The position numbers were made by a program, and so were the translations under genes. The notes beneath the pieces are model-generated. The model made no database searches and was not told the DNA's origin. It saw only the letters and a program-made list of their open reading frames with translations. Below are positions 40,521-54,359 of a stretch of DNA of 64,000 nucleotides, in pieces. Source of the stretch: Cycas panzhihuaensis (lineage: Eukaryota; Plantae; Cycadophyta); NCBI GenBank assembly GCA_023213395.1, contig CM041465.1, positions 104,663,741 through 104,727,740 on the forward strand. The letters run 5' to 3'. The stretch's first letter is position 1. Each line of letters opens with the position of its first letter.

Positions 40521-42852
40521 GTAGAAGCCCATGTGACTTATTGCATTTTATTTTTAAATAACTAGGGAAGAATGATGTAGGGACATCGTTGTAAATATTT
40601 ATTTGTTTGTTTTTTATATATGAGTCTTAGAAAATTTTGATTGCAAGCCCATTATCACAAAGGCCCCAGCTTAAATGAGCTTTATAAAATGACACTTCAT
40701 TGCAGATAAGCTTTGTAAGCTAGTGATTTGCTAAAGGTAAAGTTTTTAGACAAGTCCATTATTACCAAATAAATAGGGCTTCCAAAATTTTGCTCATGAA
40801 ATTTTTCAAAAGTATTAGTAGAGGGCTAAATGTTTACTTATATGTCTAGGTAAAGAAGTCTCAAGAAAAATAGATACACAAGTTATAAGGAGGCAGTTGT
40901 AAAGACTTAACCTACAAAGTCACATGCTTAGCAAGGTCACATATGATAGGAAATTATTAGATGTATTTGTGAAAAATGTGCCAATGACAATATGAGAAAG
41001 ACTTGATTAATTTACAAGGTGGATTGAGCAAATAGTGTATAATTCACTTCACTAGTTGATCCTCTACAAAATTGGTTTGTTTGAACATTGATAGGGTACA
41101 CATAGTTTCAAGGTGCAATGCTATAAAGGGCTATTAGATTATTTAACATGCATCAATTATCAAGCATGACATGTAGGTGCATACTTCATATTTTGAGTAG
41201 GCCCAATGGAAATTCATTTTGGCGAAGAAGCATTTTGTGAAGTTCAATCAAGATTGTTCATTTAGGGGACAAGTGTCACAAGATTAGGGTTTTCGAATGA
41301 AAAGAAAATATTGGCAAGTGACAAAAGGGTAAAAGTGTAAGGGTAGAAAATTATTAAGTCTTTAATCTACAAAATTCATCTAACCATTTGATCAAGTGTC
41401 ATGCAGAGGTCATTAGGTAGCTTTGCGTCAAGTAAGGGTAATGGAAAGATGTATCACAAAAGAAGCATATGTGAAAGGATTAACTTATGAGATTAAGTCC
41501 TAGTCATTGATTAATAAGCCACTTACCCATGTCATAGGGGTACTCACAAAATGGTGACTCATGATTAAAGTGATTAACAAAGGATGAAAAGGGGATCTCT
41601 CATGGGAATATTGTGAGAGATTTGATCTTAACTATTCATCATAAGGATGTGTGCCATGATCTCAAGAGATTCATGTTAGGACATTTTAGATAGATTATCT
41701 ATTATAGAATTAGAGCCTTTGAACATGTAATATATGAAGGCACCTTAGTTGCCTGTGTGTTAACAAGTGGCAGAATATCAGCCTATTCACAAAGGTTCAT
41801 TTCTTAGAAAAGAATATAAGTATTAAATGATAAGTAGTGAGCAAGGAAGTTGTGGAGCTAGTCTTAACTATCCAATAAGGGACATGTTAACATCTAAAGC
41901 TATTCATGAAAAAAATCTTCAAAGGAGAAGTGAGGTCTTAAACAACAATCTACATAAGGTATGGCTCTATAAATTTGATTTAACCATTCAATAAGTGGAT
42001 ACATTGTCGAACCCTAATGCATTGCACAAGTGGAGCTTTGTATAAGTGATCCATTTTGAGATGAAAGGTTGCAAGTTGGTTGAGTGTGAAGTCAATTTGG
42101 GCAATTGAGTATTGAACATATAGCATCATCATAGGGCTTCACTTGTTGTAAATAGATCAAACGTAAATTGAGCAAGTGTGCAAGTCAATAAATTACAAAG
42201 GTGATTGAGATCATTATATTAGGGATATATGGAAGCATCCTAAACATTCACAGGATTAAGTGGTGCCCATGTGATGAGTATAAGAAAAAAGGGTGATATG
42301 TGAAGCTAAATATTATGAAGAAAGAACAATCATTGGATCAAGATACATATTGTTGAAATATGATAATGCTCAAGATTTAAGACCTTATTTGAATATAGGA
42401 GCACAATTGAGTGTAATATGAGTAAACAGACAACAAGCAAAGATCTTGACAATTAGTTTGAGGGACATATGGCAAGATACTGAGATGTTCACAAAGGGAA
42501 AATTTGGATGATGTAATCAGATCTTAATCTTAAGAAATATGAATGGTATATTATGGCAAGCATATGATGGTCATCAGATTTCAGAACACAAGCCAAATAA
42601 CTAGGGACTTCAAAAATTTGAAGGAATATCAACTTAAACAAAGTAAAGATATAAATGCTTTCTAAATTGCAAAATGGGAATTAATCTTAGTTGTTAAATA
42701 TAAACCCTCATCAGACTGTAAGATTTTAAGGTCAAAGAATGATTATCTAATTACATTCACATTTATTTATGACAAATTGAACAAGGAACTAATAGAATTC
42801 AAGCATGAAGCAGGAAAATCTAACCCTTTTCCTGTTTCATTTTGAGTCATTC

Positions 42853-44694
42853 ATGACATAGCAAACACCAAAAGAAGAATAATTACCGAGTAGAAACCTT
42901 GAGAGAAAATAGGAATCAGATTTCACTAAATTGTTCTCCAATAACAAGTTTGAAGTTATAATCTAACTCCTATGATAATGTTGACCATTGAGGGCATTAA
43001 TACCCATTATGAAGGGTGGGATTAGGATTTGTTCAAAGCAAAGAAGAATGCAGACAATGAATTGTGGCAAAACAAACTAATACAAATAGTCTTCATTCTG
43101 AGAATACTCCCCTCCCTAGAGCTAATAGGTTTAGTCACATACTATCTTAATTGAGTGGAGAAGATGATTGTTGCCTTGAATGATGAAATTATGTATGCCT
43201 TGTCACCTAAAACATTTTGCAAAATTTTCTATATGTTGGAGCTTAATATTCTATTTGATGAGAAGCTTGAGGTAGTCATGAAAAAAGATAAAGAGTTGGC
43301 CGAGGAGATGTTAGACTGGCAGATTCAGAGGTTCAAATAGGACATGAAGTAGGATGGTTTGAAGGCCAAACATTTTGGGTGCTCTAATGACTTGAAGTTG
43401 AGGTGTTACATGCATACATCATAGCACATAGGCAAAAGGAGAATTTCCTTAATGACTAGGCCTGAACAATAAGTGAAACACCAATCACTTAGCTCAAGGG
43501 ATTACATTTTGGCACAAAATTCTACATGATGGTATATCTAGTATATGCTCTACTTGGCTCAAGGAGGTTCCCACATTTCAAATTAGATCAACAAAGGCTC
43601 AATGAGGATGTACTTGTTCAATTTAAAGTTTCTAAGGTATGGAAAGTAAAGGCCTCATTATTCTTCTATGAAATAACTTTTTATATATTGTGTCAAGTTA
43701 CATTTATTAGCCCATGAGAATAGATGATAAAATCAAGAAGAGATTGAAAGGAAATGATGGTATGCCAAATAGAGACTTTTATTTATTTCAAAACCACTAT
43801 ATTATTTGGCTACATGATTATTAGGGATGCACCCTCTACTTATTAAAGTATCCCCATACTCAATTATACTTTACAGAAGCCTATAGGTAGTTATCATTAA
43901 TTAGGGCTAGATTATGTCCCAAGAACAAAAAAGTGCCCTATCAGCTAATGTTTGTCCATATGGGGCATTAAGAGATGGACAAATAGTTGGATATTCAAAG
44001 GGTATCTTCTTTATTGATATTGTGCCACTTGCAGAAACCTCCACCTAAGTGCTATGATCTAAATAGAGTGATGGCCAAATACATGGGAAGTATGCATGTG
44101 ATGTCTAAGCATCACAAGTACGATGGCCTTAAATATTCATAAATCCAAAGGTTGAAATAGTATGTACCCTTCAGAATTTGATGAAATTAGTGGGAGTTGT
44201 CTTCTTGACCTAAGGAATAATGAAGGACTAATTTTAGTTGGCAAGGGCAATAATGATTTAATAAAACTCTATATGCCCATTTCTAAGAAAAAACTAATAA
44301 TTTATGCTAGTCAGTAGGAAAGAAGAGGAAAAGTCCCTCCAAGTCCCCTTTAGCAATAACTATGGTTCAGACTCAAACATAGGGTGTGGCATAGGTTTCA
44401 TGATAATCATCATCATCAAGGGTACAACTAGTGCCTAGTCCATCTCCAACATAAGCCCCATAAGAAGGGGAAAAAAGAGTAAGAATTATGATGGGATAAG
44501 AGGTAATGAATGGGATAGTATTGGCCCCATCTATTTCTCCCAAAGATACCACAATAAGGCCAAGCGCCTCATTAACATAAGAAGTGGAGATAGTCAACAA
44601 TGTTGAAACCTTACTAGAAGTGCAACTAGATTTAATAACTTTGTCTAATAGAGTTGTCAAGGAAGTAAAGAATATCATTGACTATTACTCCTAA
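42853..44694 (+). pseudogene. Decayed accessory ORF of an LTR retroelement, function unknown
   Basis: Fragments ELWQNKLIQIVF...ELIGLV...IVALNDEIMYALSP, YMMVYLVYALL, DFYLFQNHYIIWLHDY; S/P-rich then coiled-coil-like tail; TATA-like atataaa at ~42698. Confidence 0.55.
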
Positions 44695-46347
44695 GAAGTG
44701 GTATTGTTTCCTTAAATTCTAGCCTCCTTGGTCCTCATGTATAGTTCCCTCTTTATTTTGCTTTGTATGGTTTGGGTTGTTGTCATAGTATGTTATGAGT
44801 ACCTAGTTTATGGCATCGACAATTGGGATCTATTATGCAAAAATCAAAGGATTATATGCTTGGTACTATTAGCCACCCTCTTTAACTATGTCTTGGCTTC
44901 TTGATTTGGTAATTTTCTTGAGTTTGTTAGTTTGCTTCTACTTGAAAATGCTTGTATGTGTGATTTTGAATTTTGATAGTATCACCCTACTACATTTACA
45001 CTAACCACATCAAATTTTTGATGGGATCTTGTCTTGTTTACAAAGATCATATTAAAATTTTGACAGTATACAATATACAATCAAAATTGGTGATGGTACT
45101 ATCAAAATTAGTGACACAACCCTTGTGAATTTGATTGTATCCTCCTAATTTTAATGGTATTATTTATTACACTCTTGAAATGGGAAAAACCTTAGTTTTT
45201 GCATCATTTTGTATCCTGATTAATATTTTTTTACCAAACCAAATGCAATAAGGAGATATTATGGGCATAATATAAGTGATTTCTTTTCAAAACCATGTTC
45301 TAAAGAACTTTATTTAATTGTGTAAGCTCATTTGGTATTGCACTTTTTAGACTTTTGGATTTTTAAGAGACTCTTGGATCATTTGTTACTCCTTTGGTTC
45401 TCCTCTTACTTTGGTCTCTTTCTTGTGAACTTGTATTGTTGTGTGTGTAGGTCTTATATACTTATTGGGATGCTTGTGGACAAGTTGTGGAGATTCTTCT
45501 CTTGTTTGTGAAGTAAGACAACTAATTGGAGAGCAATTGGCTATTCCTTTAGTGTCCCATTACTTGGGGACTTCTCCTCTTCATTCTAGCTTGTTTAAAA
45601 CTTTTTTTTTCCTTTACTTTTGTTCTTTATTTTTTATTAGAGGCTACTTCCTCTAAGCTACACTAATGTCCATCTTTATTTGATTTTGAAAGTAAATTAG
45701 TGTAGTTTTCATTTCCTTCTTGTTTGAGGGGCAATATTTGCCATTAATTTTCTTTCTTCATGTTTCTTGTATGAGTAAGAATTATTATAGCAAATCTTGT
45801 ACATGTTTTCTTGTGGTTTTCTTCATTTCTTGGGTGCATTTCATTCATTAGCTTAAAATTTATTATTTGTTTCTTATATCATTTATAATTGTGCTACCAA
45901 TCAATGATCCATCCCTTGATTGTAGCATCATTGGGACCTGTTTCCCTTTACTTGCATTCAATCGATTTGATTGCTTGCTCCTTTGCCTCACCTTCCCTCT
46001 TACATACTAGCATTACAAGTGAATAAATTACCTTTCCAAACAAGGTTTTTAGGTGCCCACCACCCTCACATATAGGTATAATTAGCATATGATATTTCTC
46101 TTTTGGTTTTAAACTTCCTTCGGGGTTTACATATTGCATTTGATGCTTTTAAGTCTCTTTAGTTATATTTTCTTCTTTAGATTTACATTGTGGTTATTTT
46201 GTAGCAAAGAGGATTCAACTAACACCCTCTTCATATAACTTTACCTTAACTTGTGATTGTGTTTGTAGTTTTTCTTGCTTTTAAGGTGCTTTTCTTAAAA
46301 CCTAATTTAAGATGCACCTTAATGTAAAAAGTGGAAAAACAATAATT

Positions 46348-46350
<3 letters not shown>

Positions 46351-46386
<36 letters not shown>
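46351..46386 (+). repeat. (GA)18 microsatellite
   Basis: Direct reading. Confidence 0.97.
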
Positions 46387-46389
<3 letters not shown>

Positions 46390-47872
46390 AAGAAAACCCT
46401 AAAGGTAAAAAACATAAGGTAAGAAAACAAGACCAAAAATCCCTCCAAAAAGGCAATCCCCTTCTTTCCTAACCCTTAACTCTTTTCATTTCATTTCAAT
46501 ATGCTTGTAATTTTTTCTTATTTTGTTTATCATTTAGGTGTATACAATTGTGAAGAAAGCCAAGAGTAAGTGCACTTGGAGCCTAGATCCTCTTGTTTGC
46601 TTACTTCTTTTAGTAGAGTTGTTTCCATGATCTTGATTATTTCCTTTACACAATTTTCTTGGCATGACTAACTAGAGGTAGGTTTGCATTTTCTTGGTGA
46701 TGCTTGTGTAAAGCATTGTAGTTGCACTCTATAGTTTGCTTGTGCCTATTACATATTATCAACCCCTCTATAGTGGAAACAACATCTACAAAGACTATCG
46801 CATCCATACATATGGAATTAGTCATTAGAATAAATTCGCCCTACCATTAGTGTATTCCGCAAGAGGGGTTAAGAAGATATAAGGAGATAGAGCCTTTTCA
46901 CTTAGGTGGAGTTATAAAGAGAGCCACACGGATTTCTTAGGATTGTCAGCATATCCCTTAGTTGGGATTTATCATTATGGTTAAGCACCTTTGGTGATAA
47001 GATGGCATATAAAGTAAGGTGCAATCAACCATTAATACTTAGGTATTAGACAAAATTGGCTCAACATGCCAAGGGGTGTAAGAAAAATAACAAAGATCTT
47101 ATAGGTTTTCTCTTTCTATACCCCCCCAACTTCTTTAATATCTTTCTCTATTCCTCTTCTCTACCATAACTATATTTGACTTAAAACTATTATTCACACA
47201 AGCCTCATTATCATCTACCCTTGTTCTCTCATGTCATTCTTTAAATCATGTCTTAAGTCATCCACACATCATGCCATTCTTTGAGTCAATTTTAGATCTA
47301 ATGTCATACATTATTTAGTTCTTTCCCTTTTACACCCTCTCTTTACGTGAGAGGGCTAGTTCGTTTAAGACCTCCCTAATTTTGAATGAATATTTTGGTG
47401 ACCATATTGAGGAAGTGTTAGACCTATTTCCTCTTTTAATTGCATCACTGCCCTCACTAAATAACATTGTTACCTTGTCTTATTCCTTTGAGAGTCCTTC
47501 ATCTTCTTTGTTACTTAGTCCTATATCCTTTAAGAGTCCTTTATTATCTAATTACCTTTATGTTATCATTTGGTTGAGCTTCTTACCCTTTCATTCATCA
47601 TGGTTAATCAAAAGAGGCCCTTAACATTTAAGATGACTAGATGTTCTTCTTGCATGCAAGGTCTTTCCCCTAGAGCACATGATTCTATGTCTTTACTTGA
47701 GCCTCATGAGACTAGGAGCCTTATGGAATCTAATTTAGAGGTTATTATAGCCCCTCATTTTCCTCCACTTCCTCCTACTCATGGTCATCCCTCATCTACT
47801 CAACATAATAATGGGCCTTTCTACCCATTAGATTTGGCCTGTTTTGTATTAGAATAATTACCTCCTAGAGTG

Positions 47873-50800
47873 TGTTACATAACTTATCCAACTAAGTTAT
47901 GTAAACCACTATGGAACTTTGTGCATGTGTCATCTAATGGGCCAATAGTATGCATGGGTGCTGTCGTCCAATAGAATGTAAGGCCGCTTAGGCCTCTAAT
48001 AGGATTACATGTATAAAACTCTATTTTGTCTATATAAACGTCATAAATTGTAAATGATGGTTATCTTGATAGAACATTTTTATAAAAATTGTGCTGCGGT
48101 GCTTTCTATCTTTTGGTGATCATTTAGCACTCTGGTGTTTCTGTGAAACTCTTGGTTAATTTGTTTGCTCTGTTAGATAAGAAAACGCTATTGCGATTGT
48201 CAAATTCTCTATTATCTCAAGAGTATTGGTGAGAAGAAACGTCCCAAGTGGTATCAGAGTTGTATCACGATCATGGGAGGCTGCCCGAAAGACCAGAAGT
48301 TTTTTTCCCTATCAAATCGAGTACTCTCTCTACCCTAGTAGAGATCGAGGAAAGACCTTCGCTTAGTACTCTCTCCATGGAGATTGAGGAACGGTATCAG
48401 GATAGTCCAAGAGTTGGGAGAAAGGGGAAATTCTTTTCCTAGGTAACTCTAGTACTTTATCCCTTGTCTTTCATCTAGTTTTAATTTCATTCATATATTT
48501 TGATTCTGGCATTGAATTATATCTAAAGGTTAGATAACACCGTTGGGCGACTACTTTTTTTTCTCCCTCCCACCTCCTTTCCCAGGTAGACAATACTGTT
48601 GGGCAGCTACCCAAGTAGTTAGGTAGAGACCCTATATCGGGGGTATTTAAATATTGCAGGGATCTATCGTTTTAGCTACATGCATAGTGGTCTTCTTGCC
48701 CTTTGCGTGAAGGATTAGAGTATCACTCCTGAGCCAAGCCCTAGATAGAACCTGGCTATGAAAGTGCACCTTCATGTACCTTTGGGTATATAGAAGGACC
48801 CTGCCTTCAGGTCCCAATCCTTTTCCAGCATAGGAAACTATCAACCGCTGAAGTCTTGTAGTGTAGTGGTTAGCGATTAGTGCCACGAAGTTGCCTGCCC
48901 CAAACTTCTACAATTTATTGGCAGGCCTATAAGACCAAGCACACCTTGTCTAATGGTTGGTAGGATACTTTGGTTAAGACTATAAGCCACCTCACAATTT
49001 AAAAAAAAAAAAAAAAGGGAAGAAAAGAAAAGAAAAAAGAGAGAGAGAGAGAGAGAGAAAACACTAGGAAAAAAAAAAAAAGTTATCCTTACAGGTATAT
49101 AACTCATTTTGATCAACACATCATACTGGTCAATTTATACTAGGTTGGTATAAGCTGTAAATTTTCATAATTTTTAGTATTTAGTCACTGATGGGTCCCA
49201 CCACCCCCCCCCCCTCACACTTCACATGCCCTATTTGAACAAGCTTTTCGCACTGTTGAAAGAACTCGATATCTTATTTATGTACCTTTCTTTGGGGTCA
49301 ATAGGCTATAGACACCCCACAATCTCCCTATTCATCCCCCTCTCTTTCCCTTAACAACTCCCTTTTTCTTATGTCCCATTCTTTCTTAATCTTTCCCACT
49401 TCATTCATTCCCTTTCTTTCTACTTATTCCTGCCTCTTGAAGCCCTTTCTCCATGGCTCCTCAAAGCAACGGTGACAAAATCTCGGTACTCGAGGCCGAA
49501 GTCAATAGAATTCATGATAAATTAGAGGATCTTGGCCATATATGCGAAGAGGTTAAAAATGAAGTAGCTACCATGCGCGTAGAATTTAGCTCAAAATTGT
49601 AAAACCTAGCATCTCATAATGATGTTTAAGATATAATTAAGAGGTTGAACAACTTCTCTCCTCCACCACCAATTAGCCCCACATAGCAATAAATCGTGCC
49701 TCTGCCTCCACGTCAGTAGCAACCATTCCATCATAAGATCAACATACCCACATTTGATCTAGATCTCAATAGGGATAGTGCACGAAGTTGGATTAGCAAA
49801 CTAGAGTCTTACTTTACACTCAACCCAATGTTAGTAAATGAACAACTTACATTTGCTTCCATTCACTTAGATGGGAAGGCACATCATTGGTCCTGATGGT
49901 GGAAATAGGAGTATCCCTCCAGCCAGTCTTGGGCACACTTCTCTACCTATTTTTTTGAGTAGTATGAAGATACTTGGAGTCAATCGTTTTTTACACAACT
50001 AACATGTTTGAAGAAAGTATCATCTGTCAAAGTTTACACTAACGAGTTTCAATCTTTATGTAATCGGGTTGATCAGCAACTTGATAAACATACAAAGATA
50101 GATACATACGTGTCTGGACTTAAAGAATGTATCCAAATGCGCTTGAAGACAGTCTCCTTATCCACTCTAAAGGATGCAATTAATATGGCTAAAGCAGTAG
50201 AAGTAGAATTTGCTGCAGAAAGACCTCCTCCATTCAGACGAGACTCCACGTGGTTTTTATGATCCTGACAAGCTGATACGGAATGGTCCCAGAGACCACG
50301 ATCATGCCCATGACCAGAAGACACCCCAACTATATCTCTCGAGCAACGCACTGAGGAATCATCTTTGAAGTCCATACACATCACTCCTACATAGGTACAC
50401 CATCATCAGGAAGTCAGTCTATGTATGCAATGTTTTGAAAAATGGACCACTGGTCACAATAGAATCTACAAAGCTAGGAAGATGGTCTTCATAATTGACC
50501 CAGACTTACCCTTGGATGATGACCTCGAGACTGAGCATGAATATCATGATGAACCCCAAGACCACCCTACTGATGAGTTACCCCCAAACCCTAAGCCTGA
50601 AGTTTCCTTATCAACAGTTACCTCCATTGCATGTCTTGAACCACTTCGAGTTAAAGGAATACTTAGAAAAACCTCAATTACCATTTTCATCGATGGTGGC
50701 ATGTCGCTAAATTTCATCGACATCTCCATTGCCCGCCAATTGAATCTTTATATAGAACCTAAAACTAGCTTCACGTGCTCCATACTTGGTCATCACACAC

Positions 50801-53800
50801 TCCATTGTGAGGGAATAATAAAAAACTTCACGGTCTACATTGGCTCATATACCCTTGTCTCTGATTTTTATGCCCTGTCCATAGGTGGGTTAGATGCAAT
50901 TCTTAGTGTATAATGGCTTCAGACTCTAGGAACTTATAGCACCAATAACTCTCCTACGACCCCCTTCATTATGTTCAAAGATCACATGGGTCGCTCTCAT
51001 AAACTTTGTGGGATGCAAGCCCCCCCAAACAAAGTAATCTCTCCCTCATGAATATGCTGCCAACTCAACAGTAACATAGGATACATCGTTCGTCTTAACC
51101 ATATCCAGGCCGCCTCGGGTATCCACCCTGATATTTAGCACATATTAGATTGATAACAATCTGTATTTGCTTTGTTACCTGCTAGTCCCCCACCTGATTA
51201 AGGCTTTTACCATACTATTGAGTTACAAAGTTTACATGACCCGATTAGCCTTCAACCATATAGAAATTCCTATTTCCCTAAAAATGAAATCAAAAAAATC
51301 ACACGGGAATTGTTGGACATGGATATCATCCAACCTAGTAAAAGCCCGTATGCGGCACCCATCATCTTAGTTTGTAAGAATGATGGCTCTTTTCGACTTT
51401 GTGTTGACTATCGTGTGCTTAGTAAAATCACCATAAAAAATAAGTTTCCCATGCCACGAATCGATGACATGTTCGATGAAATCCATGGCACTACAATTTT
51501 CACCAAGCTTGATTTACAGTCAGGATACTATCAAATCCCCATCTTGCCAGAGGATCAACATAAAACAACTTTCTGAACCCACCATGGTAACTTTGAGCTC
51601 CAGGTCATGCCCTTTGGCCTATGTAATGCTCTGGCCACCTTTCAGGCCCTCATGAACAAGATCTTTTCCCTATACTTACAAAAATTTGTCATCGTCTTCT
51701 TCGATGATATTCTTATCTATAGCTCAAACATGCCGGCCCACATCCCACATCTAGAAACAATCCTTCAAATCCTAGCTAAGAATAAACTGTATGCTAAGCT
51801 CTCCAAATATGAATTTAGGAAATCTGAATTACAATACCTTGGGCATATTATATCCTTTGCAGGGGTTTGGGTGGATCTTGATAAAACCTCTATCATCACT
51901 AATTGGCCAACCTAAAAAACCCTAACCTAATTGTGGGCTTTCCTAGGACTTACCAGATTCTATTATTAGTTCATTCAAAATTATGCCACCCTAACCACTC
52001 CCTTAACCCACTTACTTCAGAAGGATACCTTCCAGTGGTCCCCCTTAGCTAATGAGGCCTTCCTCCATTTAAAGGAGGTCATGAAAACCACCCCAGTATT
52101 GGCCTCTCCTGACTTTTGTCAGCCTTTCCAATTAGAATGCGATGCCTCTGGGTTTGGATTAGGTGCAGTCTTAATGCAATATTTCCACCCCATTGCTTCA
52201 AAAGTCGAAAACTCAAAAATCATGAGTGTAGACTTTCTACCTATCAAAAAGAAATGTGGTCCATCCTCCATGCTGTTGACAAGTGGTAATAGTATCTACT
52301 TGGTTCTAAATTCACTATCCTCACTGATCATCATAGCCTTCGTCGTTTACTAGATCAACTAATCCTCTTAGAAGAGCAGGCGAAATGGGTCAACCACCTC
52401 CAAGTTTTTGATTTTACAATCACATATAAAAAGGGGAAAGATAACATTATGGTAGATGCTCTCTCGAGGCTGCATTCACCTACACTTGGCGATAACACCG
52501 GTCATACTGAGGACCCCACCATTTATACCATTTCCTCCCCACAATCGACATGGCTATAAGATTTAGCCATGGCTAACCAAAAACAACATGATTTTGTGCA
52601 CTGGGCCAATAAGGTCCACACTCATAAGCATTGGTCCATCCAAAATAATCTTCTCTTATACCAAAATCACATATTCGCACATCCCCTCTCAGCTTTTATC
52701 CTACAGATTTTATCAGAATATCATTCTTCCCCTCTTGGCAGCCACTCTCATTTTAATAAAACTTACCGTAGGATTCGTTCTAACTTCTTTTGGCCAGAAA
52801 TAAAATCCACCATTCTTACCTTTGTCTCAGAATGTGATACATGCCAATGTAACAAAGCTGATACAAAACCTCAATCGGACCTCCTTTAACCATTGCACAT
52901 CCCACAAGGTAAATGGCAAGATATTGCCATGGACTTTATAATGGACCTACCACCATTTGCTGGATCTGACTCCATTTTAGTAGTCATAGATCGATTGACA
53001 AAATATGCCCACTTTTTGCCCGTCCACACAACCTATAAAGCCCCATGCATCGCTGACATCTACATCCAAACAATATTTTGTTTGCATGGTTTTCCATCCA
53101 TCATTGTATGCGATCGTGACCCTAAATTCACTAGCTCCTTTTGGCAAGAGCTATTCTGCGCATTAGGAACATCATTCAACATGAGTTCTGCATACCATCC
53201 ACAGACTAATGGCTAGTCTGAGGTCCTTAACAAAACTATGGAGACCTACTTATGTTGCTTTGCATCTGACCACTAGTCTAAATAGACATCATGGCTAGCT
53301 CTAGCTGAGTATTGGTACAACTCCTCACACCATTTAGCCATTGGAATGTCCCCATTTTTGGTCCTCTATGGGTATCCCCGACTGTCCCACCATACCTTAG
53401 CTACCAACCTCTGTACGACAACAATACAATAAAAATTACAGCATATGGACCAAATTCTCCACACCCTTAAACAAAACTATCTATGGCCCAAAATTGAATG
53501 AAACAATTAGTAGACCACCACCACTCTAATTGCTCCTTTAATATTGAGGATCTGGTATTTCTTTGTCTCCAACCTTATAAGCAACAATCCCTTTGCCATC
53601 ATAAGAATCACAAACTTAGCCCTCGATATTATAGTCCCTATAAAGTCCTTAAATGTATTGGTGAAGTTGCATATGCTCTCGACCTTCCCCTCACCACAAA
53701 CATCCATAATATTTTTCATGTCTCCTATCTTCAGAAGTGTCTAAGCAAAACCCATACTTCTTAGACAACCCTTCCAATTTTGGATGAAGAGAAAACCTTG

Positions 53801-54359
53801 TCTATACCTCCAGAATATATCCTGGCTACCAGACAATAGCGTCTCCAAAATCGGTCCATTTCAAAATATTTGATACAGTGGATAGTCTGCACCTTTGATG
53901 AAGCAACTTGGGAGTCCAATGAGTTTGTCAAAAAACACATGCATCTCACATGCCTCAAGGACTTAGAATCTTATGGGAGAGGACTTGTTACATAACTTAT
54001 CCAACTAAGTTATGTAAACCACCATGGAACTTTGTGCATGTGTCATCTAGCAAGCTAATAGTATGCATGGGTGCTATCATCCAATAGAATGTAAGGCCGC
54101 TTAGGCTGCCAATAGGATTACATGTATAAGACCCTATTTTATCTATATAAGGGTCATAAATTATAAACGATGGTTATCTTAATAGAACATTTTTATAAAG
54201 ATTATGCTACAGTACTTTCTATCTTTTGGTGATCATTTAGCACTCTAGTGTTCCTGTGAAACTCTTGGTTAATTTGTTTGCTCTGTTGGATAAGAAGACA
54301 CTACTATAATTGTCAAATTCTCTGCTATCTCAAGAGTATTGGCAAGAAGAAACATCCTA
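47873..54359 (+). mobile_element. Chromovirus Gypsy F (Reina-like), complete
   Basis: 374-bp LTRs 47873-48246 and 53986-54359 (~39 differences); PBS tggtatcagag at 48249; PPT gggagaggac; degenerate TSD gagtg/gatta. Confidence 0.93.
49453..53985 (+). pseudogene. gag-pol: F gag-PR-RT-RH-INT-chromodomain remnant
   Basis: IFIDGGMSLNF; RLCVDYR; VFFDDILIYS; LECDASGFGLGAVL; HSSPLGSH...CDTCQ; VCDRDPKFTS; KYLIQW...EATWE. Confidence 0.93.

Larger units (their letters stand above)
17454..40589 (+). mobile_element. CRM-like Gypsy element D (backbone), interrupted by B/A2 and C
   Basis: LTR tail to ~17656 and PBS tggtgttagagc 17661-17672. gag, PR, RT, RH and INT in three pieces. PPT agggaagaa, then 3' LTR start tgatgtaggg at 40573. 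Confidence 0.8.
40590..47052. mobile_element. Unresolved retroelement-derived block (possibly a very long 5' LTR of G, or nested pieces) carrying a decayed accessory ORF
   Basis: Starts tgtaaata just inside D's 3' LTR and ends ...tagaca before a PBS-like motif; no gag/pol; internal boundaries not resolved. Confidence 0.4.
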
